Shown: positions 40,806 to 51,225, numbered from the stretch's first letter. The stretch is DNA of 64,000 nucleotides from Hyphomonas sp. (GCA_016124495.1 WGNP01000014.1:36442-100441); one strand, 5' to 3'. The notes: generated by a model from the letters alone, not told the origin. Numbers and translations are program-made.

Positions 40806-41144
40806 TTGTCACCTCGTTATATTCAAACTGAATATACCCCTCGCCGGCCAGGAAAATCAAGGAGGGGCAAATGCAACCGGCCGCTCAGCGCCAGATCCTC
40901 CATCAGGTCAGATCCGCGGCGCTGCGGGGACAGTCGATTGCGTGGATGCCCGGCACGCTCGCAGTCCGGCCACCTGGCCTGCGCCGTCCTTTTGTTCGGT
41001 GGCTCCCCCCGGACCTGGCGAGGAGCGCCTCCCTGTACCCTGCTAATCCCTCAACCAAGATACGCCTAAGGATGGTCATGTCGTCAGCCTGTCCAGGCAG
41101 GAGCTGGAAGGCGCAGCAAGTATCGATCCCGTTCTGACCGTCGG

Positions 41145-42977
41145 CTATGCAGGGGGCAGGGGAATTTCCGACAGGCGCACTTTGGCGTAAGTGCCGGGCG
41201 CTGCGCCGAGGCCCATGTCCTTCGGCTGCACGGCGGCGACCTTCCGGCCCGATTTGGGCTTGAGCCAATCCCACCAGGTCGGCCACCAGCTGCCGGCGAT
41301 TTCCGTGGACGTTTCCAGCCATTCATTGGCCGAGGCGCCGAGCTTGCCTGGGTTCACCCAGTGCTGGTATTTCTTTGCGTCCGGATGGTTCACCACGCCG
41401 GCGATATGGCCTGAGCCCGAGAGCACGAAGGTTGCGTCGCCGCCATACAGCTTGGCCGTGCGGAACACGCTCTCGTAGGGTACGATATGATCGTCCTTCG
41501 AGGCCTGCAGCATGACCGGGATGGTGATGCTCTTCGGGTCGATATTTAGTCCAAGTACGGTATATTCGCCCTTGGCGATGCGGTTCTCGGAATAGCATTC
41601 CTTCAGATAGCGCCGGTGAACCGGGCCGGGGATGTTGGTCTGGTCCGCGTTCCAGTAAAGCAGGTCGAACGGGCGCGGCGGCTTGCCGAGCATGTACATG
41701 TCGACGACATAGCGCCAGACGAGATCGATCGGCCTGAGCCAGTTGAAGGTTTCGTACATGTCCTTGCCGGGCATGATGCCGCCATGCTCGTCGATCAGGC
41801 CATAGACATAATCCCGGCCCGGACCATCGGTGAACACTTTCAGATCGCCGGCGAGTTCGAAGTCGGACTGCGAGGCGAAGAAGGTGGCCGAAGAGATCTT
41901 GTCATACCCCGTCGCCGACATGTGGGCGAGGGCTGAGGTGAGCAGCGTGCCGCCGATGCAATAGCCGACCGCGTTCAGCGACTTCGCCCCGGAGGCCTGC
42001 AGCGCGGCTTCAACAGCAGCGTAGATGCCCTTCTTGACGTAGTCGTCCCAGTCGTAATCCCTGGTCACCTTGTCTGCCGAACGCCAGGAGACGACGAACA
42101 CCGTCAGGCCCCGGTCGACGAGCCAGCGGATCATCGAGTTTTCGGCGCGCAGGTCGAGGATGTAGAACTTGTTGATCCACGGCGGGAAGATCACCAGCGG
42201 TTTCGAATAAGCCTGCGGCTGCGACGGCGCATACTGGATCAGTTCGAGCAGGTCGTTGCGGAAGACGACTTCGCCGGGCGCGGTGGCGATGTTCACGCCG
42301 ACTTCGAAGGGCGTCTCGTCGGTCTGGGAAATGTAGAGCTTGCCATTGCCCTTGCGGACATCCTCACGCGCCATGCGCAGGCCGGCAAGCACGCTTTCGC
42401 CGCCGCTTTCGATGAAGGTGCGCAGGGCCTGCGGGTTGGTGCCGAGGAAGTTGGTGGGCGAAAGACTCTCGGTCAGCAGCTGCATGAAGAACCGCGCGCG
42501 CAGCTGCACCGCCGGGTCCATGCCGGTGGCCCGGTCCGCCAGACTGTTCATCCACTTGGAATTCACGTCATAGGCCTTGCGGATGAACTTGAAGGCGGGG
42601 TTCACCTGCCATTCGGGGTCCGAGAACCGCTTGTCCTTTTCCTTCGCGGGTTCCTGCGAGATCGTCTCGGAGACCATCTCCTGCCAGAGCTTCATCCAGC
42701 TCTGCATCAGCTCGAGGTTGGCCTGCATCATCGCCATCGGGTTCATGGCGAGGCTCTGGCCGACTTCGCGGAACGCGTCGGACGCGCCCATCGGGTCGCC
42801 CTTGGTGACGGTGCCGAGGGGGCCGGAGCCGGTCATCACCTCGGCCATCAGGGCCTGGGATTCGGTATTGGCGAGCGCCAGCGTCGTCATCAGGATCTGC
42901 CAGCGCATCGGGTCCTGCGCCGCCATAAGCGCCGCAAGCGGTTCCTGACCCGAGGTTGGTGGGTTGGCGCTGCTCAT
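41145..42977 (-). CDS. phaC: Class I polyhydroxyalkanoate synthase
   Basis: PPWINKFYILDL, lipase box GYCIGG, LYWNAD, DHIVP, SGHIAG, SWWPTW. Confidence 0.95.
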   Translation of the reverse strand: MSSANPPTSGQEPLAALMAAQDPMRWQILMTTLALANTESQALMAEVMTGSGPLGTVTKGDPMGASDAFREVGQSLAMNPMAMMQANLELMQSWMKLWQEMVSETISQEPAKEKDKRFSDPEWQVNPAFKFIRKAYDVNSKWMNSLADRATGMDPAVQLRARFFMQLLTESLSPTNFLGTNPQALRTFIESGGESVLAGLRMAREDVRKGNGKLYISQTDETPFEVGVNIATAPGEVVFRNDLLELIQYAPSQPQAYSKPLVIFPPWINKFYILDLRAENSMIRWLVDRGLTVFVVSWRSADKVTRDYDWDDYVKKGIYAAVEAALQASGAKSLNAVGYCIGGTLLTSALAHMSATGYDKISSATFFASQSDFELAGDLKVFTDGPGRDYVYGLIDEHGGIMPGKDMYETFNWLRPIDLVWRYVVDMYMLGKPPRPFDLLYWNADQTNIPGPVHRRYLKECYSENRIAKGEYTVLGLNIDPKSITIPVMLQASKDDHIVPYESVFRTAKLYGGDATFVLSGSGHIAGVVNHPDAKKYQHWVNPGKLGASANEWLETSTEIAGSWWPTWWDWLKPKSGRKVAAVQPKDMGLGAAPGTYAKVRLSEIPLPPA

Positions 42978-43048
42978 AGGTCCTAGTTTTGCCCTGTTTC
43001 TTGGGCTCATCTATTCATCACAATGTTTGTGATTTAATGAGATTAACC

Positions 43049-43480
43049 ATGAAAAACACGGCGATTCTCCTGTGTGGCGTGCCGCTTCTGCTGGCATCTG
43101 CGTGTACCTCTTCGTTTTCGAAGGTGCGCGGCGCCCTTAACGATGCGCCGGAATGGTATGAAGCGCGCCGGACCGAGATCCGGGGGGAGGGCTATCCGGC
43201 GATCGCCGATATACCCACCGTGGACGCAGACTGGAAGCCTGGCGAGGACCTGGCGGCTTCCGGCGCGGAGATTGCGGTGATCCAGGCGGCGTTCGCAGCG
43301 GATGCGCGGGCGCAGGCCCCGGCGGCTGGCGCGGCGGAAATTGCGGCCGTGGTGGCGGCAATCCAGGGCGAATTCGAGCCCGGCCTGCCCCCTGGCGAGT
43401 TCCTCACACAGACCGAGATTGCGGCGATCCGGGCGAGTTTCAACGTGCCGCGCGTGACCGAAGGCGTGATCTCCCGATGA
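43049..43480 (+). CDS. Hypothetical lipoprotein
   Basis: Lipobox LASAC; ATGA overlap with the downstream aminotransferase. Confidence 0.7.
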   Translation: MKNTAILLCGVPLLLASACTSSFSKVRGALNDAPEWYEARRTEIRGEGYPAIADIPTVDADWKPGEDLAASGAEIAVIQAAFAADARAQAPAAGAAEIAAVVAAIQGEFEPGLPPGEFLTQTEIAAIRASFNVPRVTEGVISR

Positions 43481-44688
43481 TCAATACAGATTTCCACAAG
43501 ATCCGGCGGCTGCCGCCCTACGTCTTCGAACAGGTTAACCGGACCAAGGCGGCCCTGCGCGCGAAGGGCGCTGACATCATCGACCTCGGCATGGGCAACC
43601 CGGACCTGCCGACGCCCGGGCATATCGTCGACAAGCTTGTCGAGACGGCCCGCAAGCCTGACGTCAACGGATACTCCGCCTCCCGCGGCATCCCCGGCCT
43701 GCGCCGCGCTCTGACCGACTATTACAGGCGCCGCTTCGACGTGAAGCTCGACAAGGACCGTGAAGTCATCGTCACACTCGGCTCGAAGGAGGGCTTTGCC
43801 AACCTCGCCCAGGCGATCAGCGCGCCGGGCGACGTCATCCTCGCGCCGGACCCGTCCTATCCGCTGCACCATTTCGGCTTCATTATCGCCGGCGCCTCGA
43901 TCCGCGGTGTGCCCGCGCATACGCCGGAACAGTACCTGTCGAACCTAGGCCGCGCGGTGAAATACTCCGTGCCGCCGCCGACCGCGATGGTGCTCTGCTT
44001 CCCGTCGAACCCCACCGCCGCCGTCTGCGATCTCGACTTCTACAAGGAAGCCGTGAAGTTTGCTAAGAAGCATGATCTGTGGATCCTGTCCGACCTCGCC
44101 TATAACGAAATCTATTTCGATGAACCGACCCCCTCGATCCTGCAGGTCGACGGCGCGAAGGATATCGCGGTCGAGTTCACCACCATGTCGAAAACCTATT
44201 CGATGGCCGGCTGGCGCGTCGGCTTCGTGGCTGGCAACGAGAAGCTGATCGCAGCGCTCGCCCGCGTGAAGTCCTATCTCGATTACGGCGCCTACACGCC
44301 GATCCAGGTTGCCGCCGTTGCGGCGCTCGACGGACCGCAGGACTGCGTGGACGATATCCGCCGGATCTACCGTACACGGCGTGATGCGCTGGTCGAAAGC
44401 TTCACACGCGCCGGCTGGCCGGTGCCTAGCCCCAGGGCCTCGATGTTCGCCTGGGCGCCGATCCCGGAGAAACTCCGCCATCTCGGCAGCCTCGAATTCT
44501 CGATCCAGCTGATCAACGAAGCCCACGTCGCCGTCGCCCCCGGCGCCGGCTTCGGCGAGCACGGCGACGAATATGTCCGCATCGCCCTGGTCGAAAACGA
44601 GCAACGCATCCGCCAGGCCGGCCGCAACATCCGCAAATTCCTCGCCGCCCATGGCGTAAAGGAAATAAAGCCGGTGGCAGCTGAGTAA
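43477..44688 (+). CDS. Class I/II PLP aminotransferase (AlaC/YfdZ-like, often annotated LL-DAP aminotransferase)
   Basis: IIDLGMGNPD, GSKEG, PSNPT, SDLAY, SKTYSMAGWRVG. Confidence 0.92.
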   Translation: MINTDFHKIRRLPPYVFEQVNRTKAALRAKGADIIDLGMGNPDLPTPGHIVDKLVETARKPDVNGYSASRGIPGLRRALTDYYRRRFDVKLDKDREVIVTLGSKEGFANLAQAISAPGDVILAPDPSYPLHHFGFIIAGASIRGVPAHTPEQYLSNLGRAVKYSVPPPTAMVLCFPSNPTAAVCDLDFYKEAVKFAKKHDLWILSDLAYNEIYFDEPTPSILQVDGAKDIAVEFTTMSKTYSMAGWRVGFVAGNEKLIAALARVKSYLDYGAYTPIQVAAVAALDGPQDCVDDIRRIYRTRRDALVESFTRAGWPVPSPRASMFAWAPIPEKLRHLGSLEFSIQLINEAHVAVAPGAGFGEHGDEYVRIALVENEQRIRQAGRNIRKFLAAHGVKEIKPVAAE

Positions 44689-44700
44689 CCTTCCCCTGAC

Positions 44701-44723
44701 CCCCTTTCCCACGGGAGAGGGGG
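44701..44723. repeat. Short palindromic intergenic element, copy 2
   Basis: cccctttccc ac gggagaggggg just after the aminotransferase stop. Confidence 0.55.
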
Positions 44724-44831
44724 GCTTTCGCGGGTCCGTGCACCCTCACAGTGTAAACCCGCCCTCAGGGCTTCCGCCTTCGTTCCAAACCGGCTATTGC
44801 CCCGTCCAGACCGTAGCGTAAGGGGCACCCC

Positions 44832-46115
44832 GTGGGGCCGTTGAGAATTGGGATTGCAGGGCTCGGGCATGTCGGTGCCGGGCTGATCGAGCTGGTGCAG
44901 CGCCAGGACCGCCTGCGGCTGCCGGGACGGGTCGAGATTGCCGGTGTGAGCGCCCGCTCGCAGAGCCGCAACCGCCCGGTCAATACCGACAGCTACCCCT
45001 GGTTCGATGACGCCGCGACCCTTGCCGAAGACCCGAATGTGGACGTCTTCGTCGAACTGATCGGCGGCTCCGATGGCCCCGCCAAGTTCGCCGTTGAAAG
45101 CGCCCTAAAGGCCGGCAAGCATGTCGTCACCGCCAACAAGGCGCTGATCGCCAAGCACGGCATCGCGCTCGCCGCCCTCGCCGCCGAGAAGCATGTGGAC
45201 CTCCTGTTCGAAGCCGCCGTAGCCGGCGGCATCCCGGTCGTCCGTGTACTGCGCGACAGCCTTGTTGGAACCGAAGTCAAACGCGTCTCCGGCATCCTCA
45301 ACGGCACCTGCAACTTCATCACGAGCACGATGCTGGAAACCGGCCGCGCCTACGAGGAAGTCCTCGCCGAAGCGCAGAAGCGCGGCTATGCTGAGGCCGA
45401 CCCCACGCTCGACGTCTCCGGCATGGACGCCGCCCACAAGGCCGCCATCCTATCCGCCATTGCCTTCTCGGCAGACCTCGATTTCTCCAAGGTCGAAGTG
45501 CGCGGCATCGAGGAAATCGGCCTGCTCGACCTACGCCTCGCCGACCGTCTCGGCTTCCGCATCAAGCTTATTGCCGAAGGCGTGCTGACCAGGGCCGGTG
45601 TCGTCTGCCGCGTCGAGCCGATGGCCCTGCCGCATGCCCATGCGCTCGCCCGCGTCGATGGCTCGCTCAATGCCGTCCGCATCGAAGGCGACCCCCTCGG
45701 CGCTGTCGTGCTCACTGGCCCCGGCGCCGGCTCCGGCCCTACCGCCAGCGCCGTGATGGGCGATGTTGCGAAGCTTTTCCGACCCGCGATCCGCAACGCC
45801 TTCGGCCGCGCCCAGCACCATGTTGCGCAGCCCTTCGTCAGCGGCGATGCCTCCGAGATCGCGCCCTTCTTCCTGCGTGTACGCCTCGCCGACAAGCCGG
45901 GCACGCTCGCCGCGCTGACCGAAGCGCTGGCCGAAGAAGGCGTCTCGGTCGACAAGCTGCTGCAGGATTCCGCAGACGAGAGCGGCGCCAGCCCCGTCGC
46001 CGTCGTCACACACCGCTGCCCCCGCGCGCAGATGCAGGCCGCTGTTAACCGGATTGCGAAACTGTCGGTTTCCGTAGAGGACCCGCGCCTCATCCGCATC
46101 GAAGCGGCAAGCTAA
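44832..46115 (+). CDS. hom: Homoserine dehydrogenase with C-terminal ACT domain (GTG start)
   Basis: GIAGLGHVG, VTANKA, EAAVAGGIP, GILNGT, GYAEADP, GPGAG. Confidence 0.96.
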   Translation: MGPLRIGIAGLGHVGAGLIELVQRQDRLRLPGRVEIAGVSARSQSRNRPVNTDSYPWFDDAATLAEDPNVDVFVELIGGSDGPAKFAVESALKAGKHVVTANKALIAKHGIALAALAAEKHVDLLFEAAVAGGIPVVRVLRDSLVGTEVKRVSGILNGTCNFITSTMLETGRAYEEVLAEAQKRGYAEADPTLDVSGMDAAHKAAILSAIAFSADLDFSKVEVRGIEEIGLLDLRLADRLGFRIKLIAEGVLTRAGVVCRVEPMALPHAHALARVDGSLNAVRIEGDPLGAVVLTGPGAGSGPTASAVMGDVAKLFRPAIRNAFGRAQHHVAQPFVSGDASEIAPFFLRVRLADKPGTLAALTEALAEEGVSVDKLLQDSADESGASPVAVVTHRCPRAQMQAAVNRIAKLSVSVEDPRLIRIEAAS

Positions 46116-46168
46116 TTGCTTCGTCCAGAAGTTAACTGTCCCGAATTCCCGTCCGTGGAGAAAGACAT

Positions 46169-47122
46169 ATGAAAAGCAATGTTCTGACGCCGAGCCTGGC
46201 TGATGCGATGGTGCGCGTCACGGAACTCGCCGCGATCTCGGCTTCGAAGGAAGTGGGCCGCGGCGATGAGAAAAAGGCCGATGCCGCCGCCGTGGACGCC
46301 ATGCGTTCGGCTTTCAACGAGGTTGAGTTCAGGGGCCGCGTCGTGATCGGCGAAGGCGAGCGGGACGAAGCCCCGATGCTCTACATCGGCGAGGAAGTCG
46401 GCACCGGGAAGGGCCCGGAGATCGACATCGCGCTCGACCCCCTGGAAGGCACGACGCTGACCGCCAAGGCGATGGCCAACGCGCTCGCCGTGCTCGCCAT
46501 CGCCCCGCGCGGCGGCCTGCTCTATGCGCCGGATACCTACATGGACAAGATCGCCATCGGCCCTGGTTTCCCCGAAGGCCTGATCAGCCTCAGCGCCTCG
46601 CCCGCCGACAACATCAAGGCGCTCGCCAGGGCCGCAAAGCGCAAGGTTGAAGACATGACCGTCTGCGTTCTCGACCGTCCGCGCCACCAGGACATCATCG
46701 ACTCGCTGCGCTCTGCCGGCGCGCGCATCTCGCTCATCACCGATGGTGATGTTGCCGGCGTGATCGCAACGACTGACGCCGCCACCGGCATCGACATGTA
46801 TGTCGGCCAGGGCGGCGCCCCGGAAGGCGTGCTCGCGGCCGCAGCCCTGAAGTGCGTAGGCGGACAGATGTTCGGCCGCCTCGTCTTCCGCAACGATGAC
46901 GAAAAGAAACGCGCCGCCCGCGCCGGCATCACCGATCTGGGCAAGACCTATTCGCTGAACGAACTTGCCTCCGGCGACACAGTCTTCTGCGCCACCGGGG
47001 TCACTAACGGTACCATGCTGAACGGCGTCCACCACAAGGACGGCCGCGTCCACACACATACACTGGTCATGACGTCCACGGACGGAATGGTCCGCTACGT
47101 GCGTAGCTCGCGGACGGTCTGA
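46169..47122 (+). CDS. glpX: Class II fructose-1,6-bisphosphatase
   Basis: VIGEGERDEAPML, DPLEGT, DGDVAG, GGAPEGV, ATGVT. Confidence 0.97.
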   Translation: MKSNVLTPSLADAMVRVTELAAISASKEVGRGDEKKADAAAVDAMRSAFNEVEFRGRVVIGEGERDEAPMLYIGEEVGTGKGPEIDIALDPLEGTTLTAKAMANALAVLAIAPRGGLLYAPDTYMDKIAIGPGFPEGLISLSASPADNIKALARAAKRKVEDMTVCVLDRPRHQDIIDSLRSAGARISLITDGDVAGVIATTDAATGIDMYVGQGGAPEGVLAAAALKCVGGQMFGRLVFRNDDEKKRAARAGITDLGKTYSLNELASGDTVFCATGVTNGTMLNGVHHKDGRVHTHTLVMTSTDGMVRYVRSSRTV

Positions 47123-47128
47123 TCTCAT

Positions 47129-47148
47129 CCCTCTCCAATGGGAGAGGG
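47129..47148. repeat. Short palindromic intergenic element, copy 3
   Basis: ccctctcc aatg ggagaggg between convergent glpX and GNAT stops. Confidence 0.6.
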
Positions 47149-47150
47149 GG

Positions 47151-47672
47151 CTAGAGTGTCTTTCCCATCACTATATCGTCGAACAGCTTGCTGCCGACCC
47201 GGAATTGCCGTGTGCCGATAAGAGAGAAGCCGTGCCGCCTGTAGAAGGCGACGGCGCGGTGGTTGTCCTGGTAAGTCCCGAGCAGCAGGCGCGGGGCGCC
47301 GCGTGCACGGGCACTGTCAATGGCTGCCAGCATCAACGCCTGCCCAATCCCGGCGCCGTGGAAGCGTGAAAAAGCGTAGATCCGCTTCAGCTCCACATCC
47401 CCGTCCTGCAGGGCGACGGGCAGGTCCGGTGGGCAGTTGACGGCGTAGCCGACTGGCGCACCGGTCGCGGTGAATTCGGCGATCCAGACCGCGGCGGCCG
47501 GGTCCGCCAGATAACGATCGTACACGGCGCGCGAATGCTGGCGCGTGCAATGTGCAATCATGTCCGGGCCGTCGATGATCTCGGTATAGGATTCAAGGAA
47601 GGTGGCGGCGCCGATATGGCTGAGGGCTTCGGCTTCAGCGGCGCCTGCGCGGCGAATGCGGAACTCAGACAT
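47151..47672 (-). CDS. GNAT family N-acetyltransferase
   Basis: ELKRIY...HGAGIGQALM, NHRAVAFYRRHGF. Confidence 0.9.
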   Translation of the reverse strand: MSEFRIRRAGAAEAEALSHIGAATFLESYTEIIDGPDMIAHCTRQHSRAVYDRYLADPAAAVWIAEFTATGAPVGYAVNCPPDLPVALQDGDVELKRIYAFSRFHGAGIGQALMLAAIDSARARGAPRLLLGTYQDNHRAVAFYRRHGFSLIGTRQFRVGSKLFDDIVMGKTL

Positions 47673-48240
47673 GTGCGGCCCGGCTGCGCGCGAGCAACGC
47701 GTCAATCGCCGCAATGGCCTGCGCGAGGCGCGTGTCGTAGGCCCCGGTTATCAGCACATAGGGCGTGCCGTTCGCGCCGATCAGCTCGAGGAACCGGGCA
47801 TGCATCCACTCGCGGATCTTCTCGCCGTCGCGCACGCCGTCCTGCACGAAGGGAACGTCCGGAGACGGAATGAGATAGAGGTCAACGATATCCCGCGCGC
47901 CGATGGCATCCACCTCCGGGTGGCGCGTGCCGGCATAGCGCTCGAACCATGTGGCGGTGGCAAATGCATTGGTGTCGCAGACCAGCACACGGCTCGCGCG
48001 GGTGGCAGCCTCATTCTCGCGGCTTTGCTGGACCTTTGCAATGTCGACAAATTCATCATCCGTCCAGGCAGGAATTTCTCCGGGCACCTCCTGTCCGGCA
48101 ATTTTCTTCTCCCAATGCTCGCGGCCATACTCAGCCACCCAGACGGTTGCGTAATGCGCCGCCAGCTGCTCACACAGCGTCGTCTTGCCTACGGACTCGG
48201 CGCCGATCAGGACTACTCGAAGGATTGTGCGATCGGCCAT
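47665..48240 (-). CDS. NadR-type ribosylnicotinamide kinase / AAA_28 ATPase (kinase domain only)
   Basis: Walker A GAESVGKT, EYGRE, VCDT, DVPFVQDGVRD. Confidence 0.85.
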   Translation of the reverse strand: MADRTILRVVLIGAESVGKTTLCEQLAAHYATVWVAEYGREHWEKKIAGQEVPGEIPAWTDDEFVDIAKVQQSRENEAATRASRVLVCDTNAFATATWFERYAGTRHPEVDAIGARDIVDLYLIPSPDVPFVQDGVRDGEKIREWMHARFLELIGANGTPYVLITGAYDTRLAQAIAAIDALLARSRAAHV

Positions 48241-48908
48241 GTCTTCACTGATTTCTGCCATGCCAGAAGCCCCGTCACCGCCATGCACAGGAATACGCCG
48301 TAAAGCAGCGCGGTAAGGTTAAGGCCTCGCGAAATATAGAGGGGAACATAGATCACGTCGGCAAGTATCCAAAGGTGCCAGCATTCGAGCTTCTTGCGGC
48401 TCTGCAACCATTGCGCCGAAAGGCTGATCGATGTCGTCAGCGCGTCCCAGAATTTTGCCGCGCCGCCCAGCTTGCCGAGCAGCCACCAGAGCAAGGCGGT
48501 GGCGGCCGCGATGAACACCGCGATGAAAGCCAGTTCCCGCTTCGAGGTGCGCCGCACCTGCAACTCGGTGCGGTTCTCGCCGCCGAACAGCCAGAGATAC
48601 CAGCCGATCAGGTTCAGCGCGAAGTAGACGACCTGCAGGCCCGAGTCCGCATACAGGCGGTATTCGTAGAAGATCCAGGCATAGGCAGCCACATTCAGCA
48701 GTCCGAGCGGGAAATTCCAGATGTTCTGGCGCACGACCAGCCAGACGCAGATCACGCCGGTAACAAAGGCGCCCGCTTCCAGCGCGCCGGCCGCCCCGGT
48801 GGCCCACGCGGCATACGCAATACCGATGGTGGCGAGCAGCAGCAGGGCAGGCACGCCCAGTTCTGCGAGGCGGTTTCCGGATGTGCGGGAGGGTTCGGTT
48901 TGCGTCAT
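48213..48908 (-). CDS. pnuC: PnuC-family nicotinamide riboside transporter
   Basis: WLVVRQNIWNFPLG, LYADSGLQ, WDALTT, AQWL..RK.LECWHLWI. Confidence 0.92.
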   Translation of the reverse strand: MTQTEPSRTSGNRLAELGVPALLLLATIGIAYAAWATGAAGALEAGAFVTGVICVWLVVRQNIWNFPLGLLNVAAYAWIFYEYRLYADSGLQVVYFALNLIGWYLWLFGGENRTELQVRRTSKRELAFIAVFIAAATALLWWLLGKLGGAAKFWDALTTSISLSAQWLQSRKKLECWHLWILADVIYVPLYISRGLNLTALLYGVFLCMAVTGLLAWQKSVKTWPIAQSFE

Positions 48909-48969
48909 CCGGATGTAAGTCTGAGGGACGGAAGGGGCCAGCCGCTCCGGCCAGCCCGGTCCGTCCGCC

Positions 48970-50187
48970 TCAGGCCTTGCCCATCGCGTCTTCGAAGTTC
49001 TGCGCCACTTTCTCGATGAAGCCTTCCGTGGTCAGATAATTCTGCTCGGGGCCGACGAGGAGGGCGAGGTCCTTTGTCATGAAACCGGCTTCGACCGTCT
49101 TGACGACGGTTTCTTCCAGTGTGCGGGCGAACTTGCGCACCTCCGGTGCGGCGTCCATCCGGCCTCGGTGATCGAGCCCCTGCGTCCAGGCATAGATCGA
49201 GGCGATGGAGTTGGTCGATGTCGCCTCGCCCTTCTGCCAGTTGCGGTAGTGGCGCGTTACGGTGCCGTGCGCTGCTTCGGCTTCCACCGTGTTGCCATCC
49301 GGCGATAGCAGCACGGAGGTCATCAGGCCAAGCGAGCCATAGCCCTGCGCCACGGTGTCTGACTGCACGTCGCCGTCATAGTTCTTGCACGCCCAGACAT
49401 AGCCGCCGGACCATTTCATGCACGCCGCCACCATGTCGTCGATCAGGCGGTGTTCGTAGGTGCCCTTGAAGGCAGCGAACTTGTCCTTGAACTCGGTGTC
49501 GAACACTTCCTGGAAGATATCCTTGAAGCGGCCATCATAGGCTTTCAGGATGGTGTTCTTGGTGGAGAGGTAAACCGGCCACTGGCGCTGCACGCCGTAT
49601 GTGAACGTCGCGCGCGCAAAGTCGCGGATCGACTCGTCGAGGTTGTACATGCCCATCGCGATGCCGGCGGAGGGGAAGTCGAACACTTCCTTCTCGATCA
49701 CTTTGCCGTCTTTGCCTTCGAATTTCATCGTCAGCTTACCGGCGCCGGGCACCACGAAATCGGTCGCCTTGTACTGGTCGCCGAACGCATGGCGGCCGAT
49801 CACGACCGGCTGGGTCCAGCCGGGCACCAGGCGCGGGATGTTGGAAATCACAATCGGCTCACGGAAAACCACGCCGCCAAGGATGTTGCGGATCGTGCCG
49901 TTGGGGCTCTTCCACATCTTCTTGAGGCCGAATTCCTCGACCCGCTGCTCGTCCGGGGTGATCGTCGCGCACTTTACGGCGACGCCGTATTTCTTGGTCG
50001 CCTCGGCGGAATCGATGGTCACCTGGTCATCGGTGGCATCGCGGTGCTGGATCGAAAGGTCGTAGTACTTCAGGTCGATATCGAGATAGGGGTGGATCAG
50101 CTTGTCCTTGATGACCTGCCAGATGATCCGGGTCATTTCGTCCCCGTCCATCTCCACAACCGGGTTTTTGACCTTGATCTTCGACAT
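48970..50187 (-). CDS. icd: NADP-dependent isocitrate dehydrogenase
   Basis: [42 protein letters not shown]. Confidence 0.98.
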   Translation of the reverse strand: MSKIKVKNPVVEMDGDEMTRIIWQVIKDKLIHPYLDIDLKYYDLSIQHRDATDDQVTIDSAEATKKYGVAVKCATITPDEQRVEEFGLKKMWKSPNGTIRNILGGVVFREPIVISNIPRLVPGWTQPVVIGRHAFGDQYKATDFVVPGAGKLTMKFEGKDGKVIEKEVFDFPSAGIAMGMYNLDESIRDFARATFTYGVQRQWPVYLSTKNTILKAYDGRFKDIFQEVFDTEFKDKFAAFKGTYEHRLIDDMVAACMKWSGGYVWACKNYDGDVQSDTVAQGYGSLGLMTSVLLSPDGNTVEAEAAHGTVTRHYRNWQKGEATSTNSIASIYAWTQGLDHRGRMDAAPEVRKFARTLEETVVKTVEAGFMTKDLALLVGPEQNYLTTEGFIEKVAQNFEDAMGKA

Positions 50188-50264
50188 GTTTTCGAATCCT
50201 TGCGCTATAACGGTTCAGCGCGCGCTATAGCAGACGCAGGCCCCCCGTCAAAACCGGATAGAAC

Positions 50265-51017
50265 ATGGCAGACCTGCACTCCCCCGCCATCCTGCTGCAC
50301 ACGCCCCAGCTGGGCGAAAACATCGGCGCCGCCGCGCGCGTGATGCTGAATTTCGGCCTTACCGACCTGCGCCTGATCGCTCCCCGCGATGGCTGGCCGA
50401 ACCCAGCCGCCGAAGCCATGTCTGCCGGCGCGCTGGGGCAGGGCGTCGAGGCCCGCGTCTTCGGCACGCTTGAAGCCGCCATGGCGGGCCTCACCTTCGC
50501 CGTCGCCACCACCGCCCGCCCGCGCGGCATCGAAAAGCCGGTGCTGGACACACCCCGGGCCGTCTCTACCCTCGCAGCCCATCCCGGCAAGGCAGGCGTC
50601 CTTTTCGGCGGCGAGAAGTCCGGCCTGCCGAACGAGGCCGTCGCCCTCTGCGACGCCATCCTCACCTATCCGGTCAATCCTGGCTTTGCCTCGCTGAACC
50701 TCGCCCAGGCCGTCGGCATCTTCTGCCACCAGTGGGGCGAGGGCGCCGGCCTCGGCGGCCGCTTCGCTGGCAAGAACGAAGGCGTCGGTGCCCCGGCCTC
50801 CCGCGAGGAGGTCATTGGTATGTTCGAACACTTCGAATCCGAACTCGACCGCGCCGGCTATTTCTACCCGCCCGAAAAAACCCCCGTTATTACCAACAAC
50901 CTGCGCAACGCCCTGATCCGCGCCCAGTGGACGGAGCAGGAAGTGCGCACCTTCCGCGGCGCCATCAAGGCGCTCACCCTCGGCCGCGGCAAGGCGCGGG
51001 TGAAGCGCGAGGACTGA
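50265..51017 (+). CDS. trmJ: SPOUT RNA methyltransferase, TrmJ/LasT family
   Basis: PQLGENIGAAAR, FGGEKSGL, SLNLAQAV. Confidence 0.88.
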   Translation: MADLHSPAILLHTPQLGENIGAAARVMLNFGLTDLRLIAPRDGWPNPAAEAMSAGALGQGVEARVFGTLEAAMAGLTFAVATTARPRGIEKPVLDTPRAVSTLAAHPGKAGVLFGGEKSGLPNEAVALCDAILTYPVNPGFASLNLAQAVGIFCHQWGEGAGLGGRFAGKNEGVGAPASREEVIGMFEHFESELDRAGYFYPPEKTPVITNNLRNALIRAQWTEQEVRTFRGAIKALTLGRGKARVKRED

Positions 51018-51225
51018 CTAACCTTCACGACAGCCTTCCGTCCTCTGACGGCGGCGGACCGGGGTACGGACCGCTGTCCTGGATTCAACCGGCCCCATCC
51101 GCCATGATGAGCGCAAAAAACTGAAACCGGAAAGCAGACCCGTCCCGCCGTCTGCTCCCCAGACGAAGGCCGCCACTCCGGTCTCCCGGAATGGCGGCTA
51201 AAAAGTCCGGCAAATCAGAAAACGC

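Noticed and set aside
40806-41144. Short ORFs between parD and the phaC stop
   Set aside because: No recognisable domain, no consistent frame; may be another remnant but unsupported
48909-48969. Riboswitch upstream of pnuC
   Set aside because: Only 61 nt separate it from icd and no TPP/FMN/NAD aptamer motifs are present
51169-51198. GC-rich hairpin between trmJ and the crotonase
   Set aside because: No U-tract follows on either strand, so not called a terminator; no ncRNA motif recognised
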